Below are positions 62,091-64,000 of a stretch of 64,000 nt of DNA, one piece after another; the first letter of the stretch is position 1; each line of letters starts with the position of its first letter. The notes beneath the pieces were generated by a model. It was given only the letters and a program-made list of their open reading frames with translations. It was not told where the DNA came from and did no database searches. Position numbers and translations under genes: made by a program. The stretch is taken from positions 12,834,001 to 12,898,000 of the forward strand of contig CM059432.1 of the NCBI GenBank assembly GCA_030390025.1. The letters run 5' to 3'. The stretch is from Squalus acanthias (taxonomy: Eukaryota).

Positions 62091-64000
62091 CTGTGAACCA
62101 GAATGTGCCTTTACCTGCCAATACCCCGGTAAATATAGCAAAGTCCAGAGGTTGAACAGAGAACCCTTGTCACCATAAGCTGGTTTAATGGAACATCATG
62201 TGCTACTACACGAACCCTTCATCTTTAGTCAGTAGATATGCTCTATGAGACTATTGTTCAAGCTATAAACCACTAGATAAATGTATTGAACTTTAAGACA
62301 AGGAAATGAACAGTAATCAGTAGAAATACTGTATTTCCATTAATTATAAACTTTCCTAATGACCTCAGAGTGTCAAAAACAACAAAACTACTCCTTCCAG
62401 TCAATATTAAACTGATCCTTGATGTGGTTCCAGGTTCCTTGGAAGACAGCAAGAACAAAGGACATCAAAACCGTATCTCTCGTAACTATTACTTAGGTAA
62501 TCAGACATTCAAAATGGTGCAGGCCCACAAAAATACGGCTGCCTAGCAAACACCTGATGTAAACAGAGTCACGGGATGCTTGTAATAGAATGGAATGGCT
62601 GAACTCATGGTCAGTTCCAAAACAACTTTGAATCATCTGTGAAATGGATCGCCATCCAAGAACAATGGCAGCAACTGAACCATGTCTAATAAAGCCTTTG
62701 GCGTGCCTGCTCATAATGTATATTCTCTGTTCGTAGAAGCGACTAGCAGTTACCAGGTGTAACCCTCTGTGTGCTGTGACTATCGAGAAAGAATTTAATA
62801 AATGATCGAGCGTAGCCAAAAATGCTTCATTTTTTTGTCGTACCAAGTAACAATTCTATATTTTATACCGCACTGACTAGGTATATGAAGCCTGCCGGTG
62901 GAAGAGTTAACTGTGTGCTACGTATCGCTCCATCTCCCAACGTGCGTTGTGTTTCCAGATCCATCTCCCATCTTTAAAGTCATTCATTCTGTCAGACAGC
63001 CAGGTCACTAATGGCTTATATTATTTGGAGGTCATTTATCCATATCCATGTTTTGCTCCATAGATAACTTCAGTAGTATCCTAGGATACACACTGATGAT
63101 CCTAGCACACATCATCTGCAAGTAGGCCTAAAGATCTTGTGCCAGTAGCTGGCATTGATCTGTAACCGCGTGAAGGATTTGAGATTAGGTCTACCTGCTT
63201 CACTTTTCCACTATGGGAAGTGACCGACGTTTAGAGCAGCGTTGAATCACCGTGAGGATTTAGATGACTTAAAAAGGCTCATTTTCATTATTTTCTCAAG
63301 CTGCCTAAACACTTCAGTCTGTGTTTAATAGAAGGATGTTGACTTGGGCAGGGGTTGAGGGCTTGAGTTGGCCACAGCTGTGTGAGGGTAGAATAAGTGG
63401 CCTCCTGCTCCAAAGGTAGCCATGGCGGAGAAACTTCCAGTGGGTAAAGCCACAGTGCGAGTTGGCAGCCTTTAAAGGTCCCGTCCACATTGACTTCCAT
63501 TATCTTCCTCAGATCAAAAAAAAACCCCCAGGTGATACCAGGTACCAAAGAGATGTCTGCAGCCCCTATAAAAGAGAACAAATGACTCACTTTATTAAAT
63601 AATGTACCTCGGAGTGTTTGCTCAGATCACGGACAATCATTTATTGAGAACATATCACCTTGAAAAGGGCTCTGCTCGGAATAGCTAAATAAATATATAT
63701 TTTTTTAATACCATTTGATTGAAAAAATGCTCGAGTTGGCCAGAATCTCAGTTTGAGCAGGAAGTGGATGACAAATCCATGATTAAAATAAAAAGCAGAA
63801 GTGCGTGGTGCTTCCAGTGCAAGAGCTTCCAGGAAAGAGTGGGCTAGAATTTATATCGGCGTGAAATTTTTGGTTCTTATTAGTCAAGCGTAATCAGCTG
63901 ACTTGGTAACAACACACCCAGGAACAGTACCCAGCCGGGTTGAAATCGTAGTGCCCAGTGTGATATTGAGACAAGGAGGGTCACAGATTCAATCCCTGAA

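Overview
Repeat-dominated eukaryotic (vertebrate) DNA. The repeat families (DeuSINE/SacSINE1-like SINEs, abundant CR1 and L2 LINEs, two-gene PIF/Harbinger transposons) suggest a cartilaginous fish such as a shark; this is an inference from remembered repeat sequences, not a database result. I found no convincing host protein-coding gene, so the window is probably intergenic or intronic. Most of it is nested mobile DNA: four decayed Harbinger elements (HARBI1-like transposase and a convergent, spliced Myb/SANT gene, both recognisable only in the two larger copies) plus related MITEs, many CR1 3' fragments, L2, RTE and I-group pieces, two solo LTRs, Penelope-like hairpin elements with hammerhead-like cores, and two G/C-skewed minisatellites. 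Best observations: (1) a CR1-group LINE family (called 'family T' here) whose full-length copy begins with a tRNA-like Pol III head, has no room for ORF1, and has head+tail deletion derivatives that look like SINEs; (2) an RTE insertion with a twin-priming inversion that captured 54 bp of neighbouring target DNA; (3) nested Penelope-like fold-backs with clean target-site duplications (TSDs); (4) an in-frame Harbinger/CR1 reverse-transcriptase chimeric ORF; (5) a 14 kb Harbinger that can be reassembled by removing nested insertions. All coordinates were read by eye; boundaries of old repeats are approximate.
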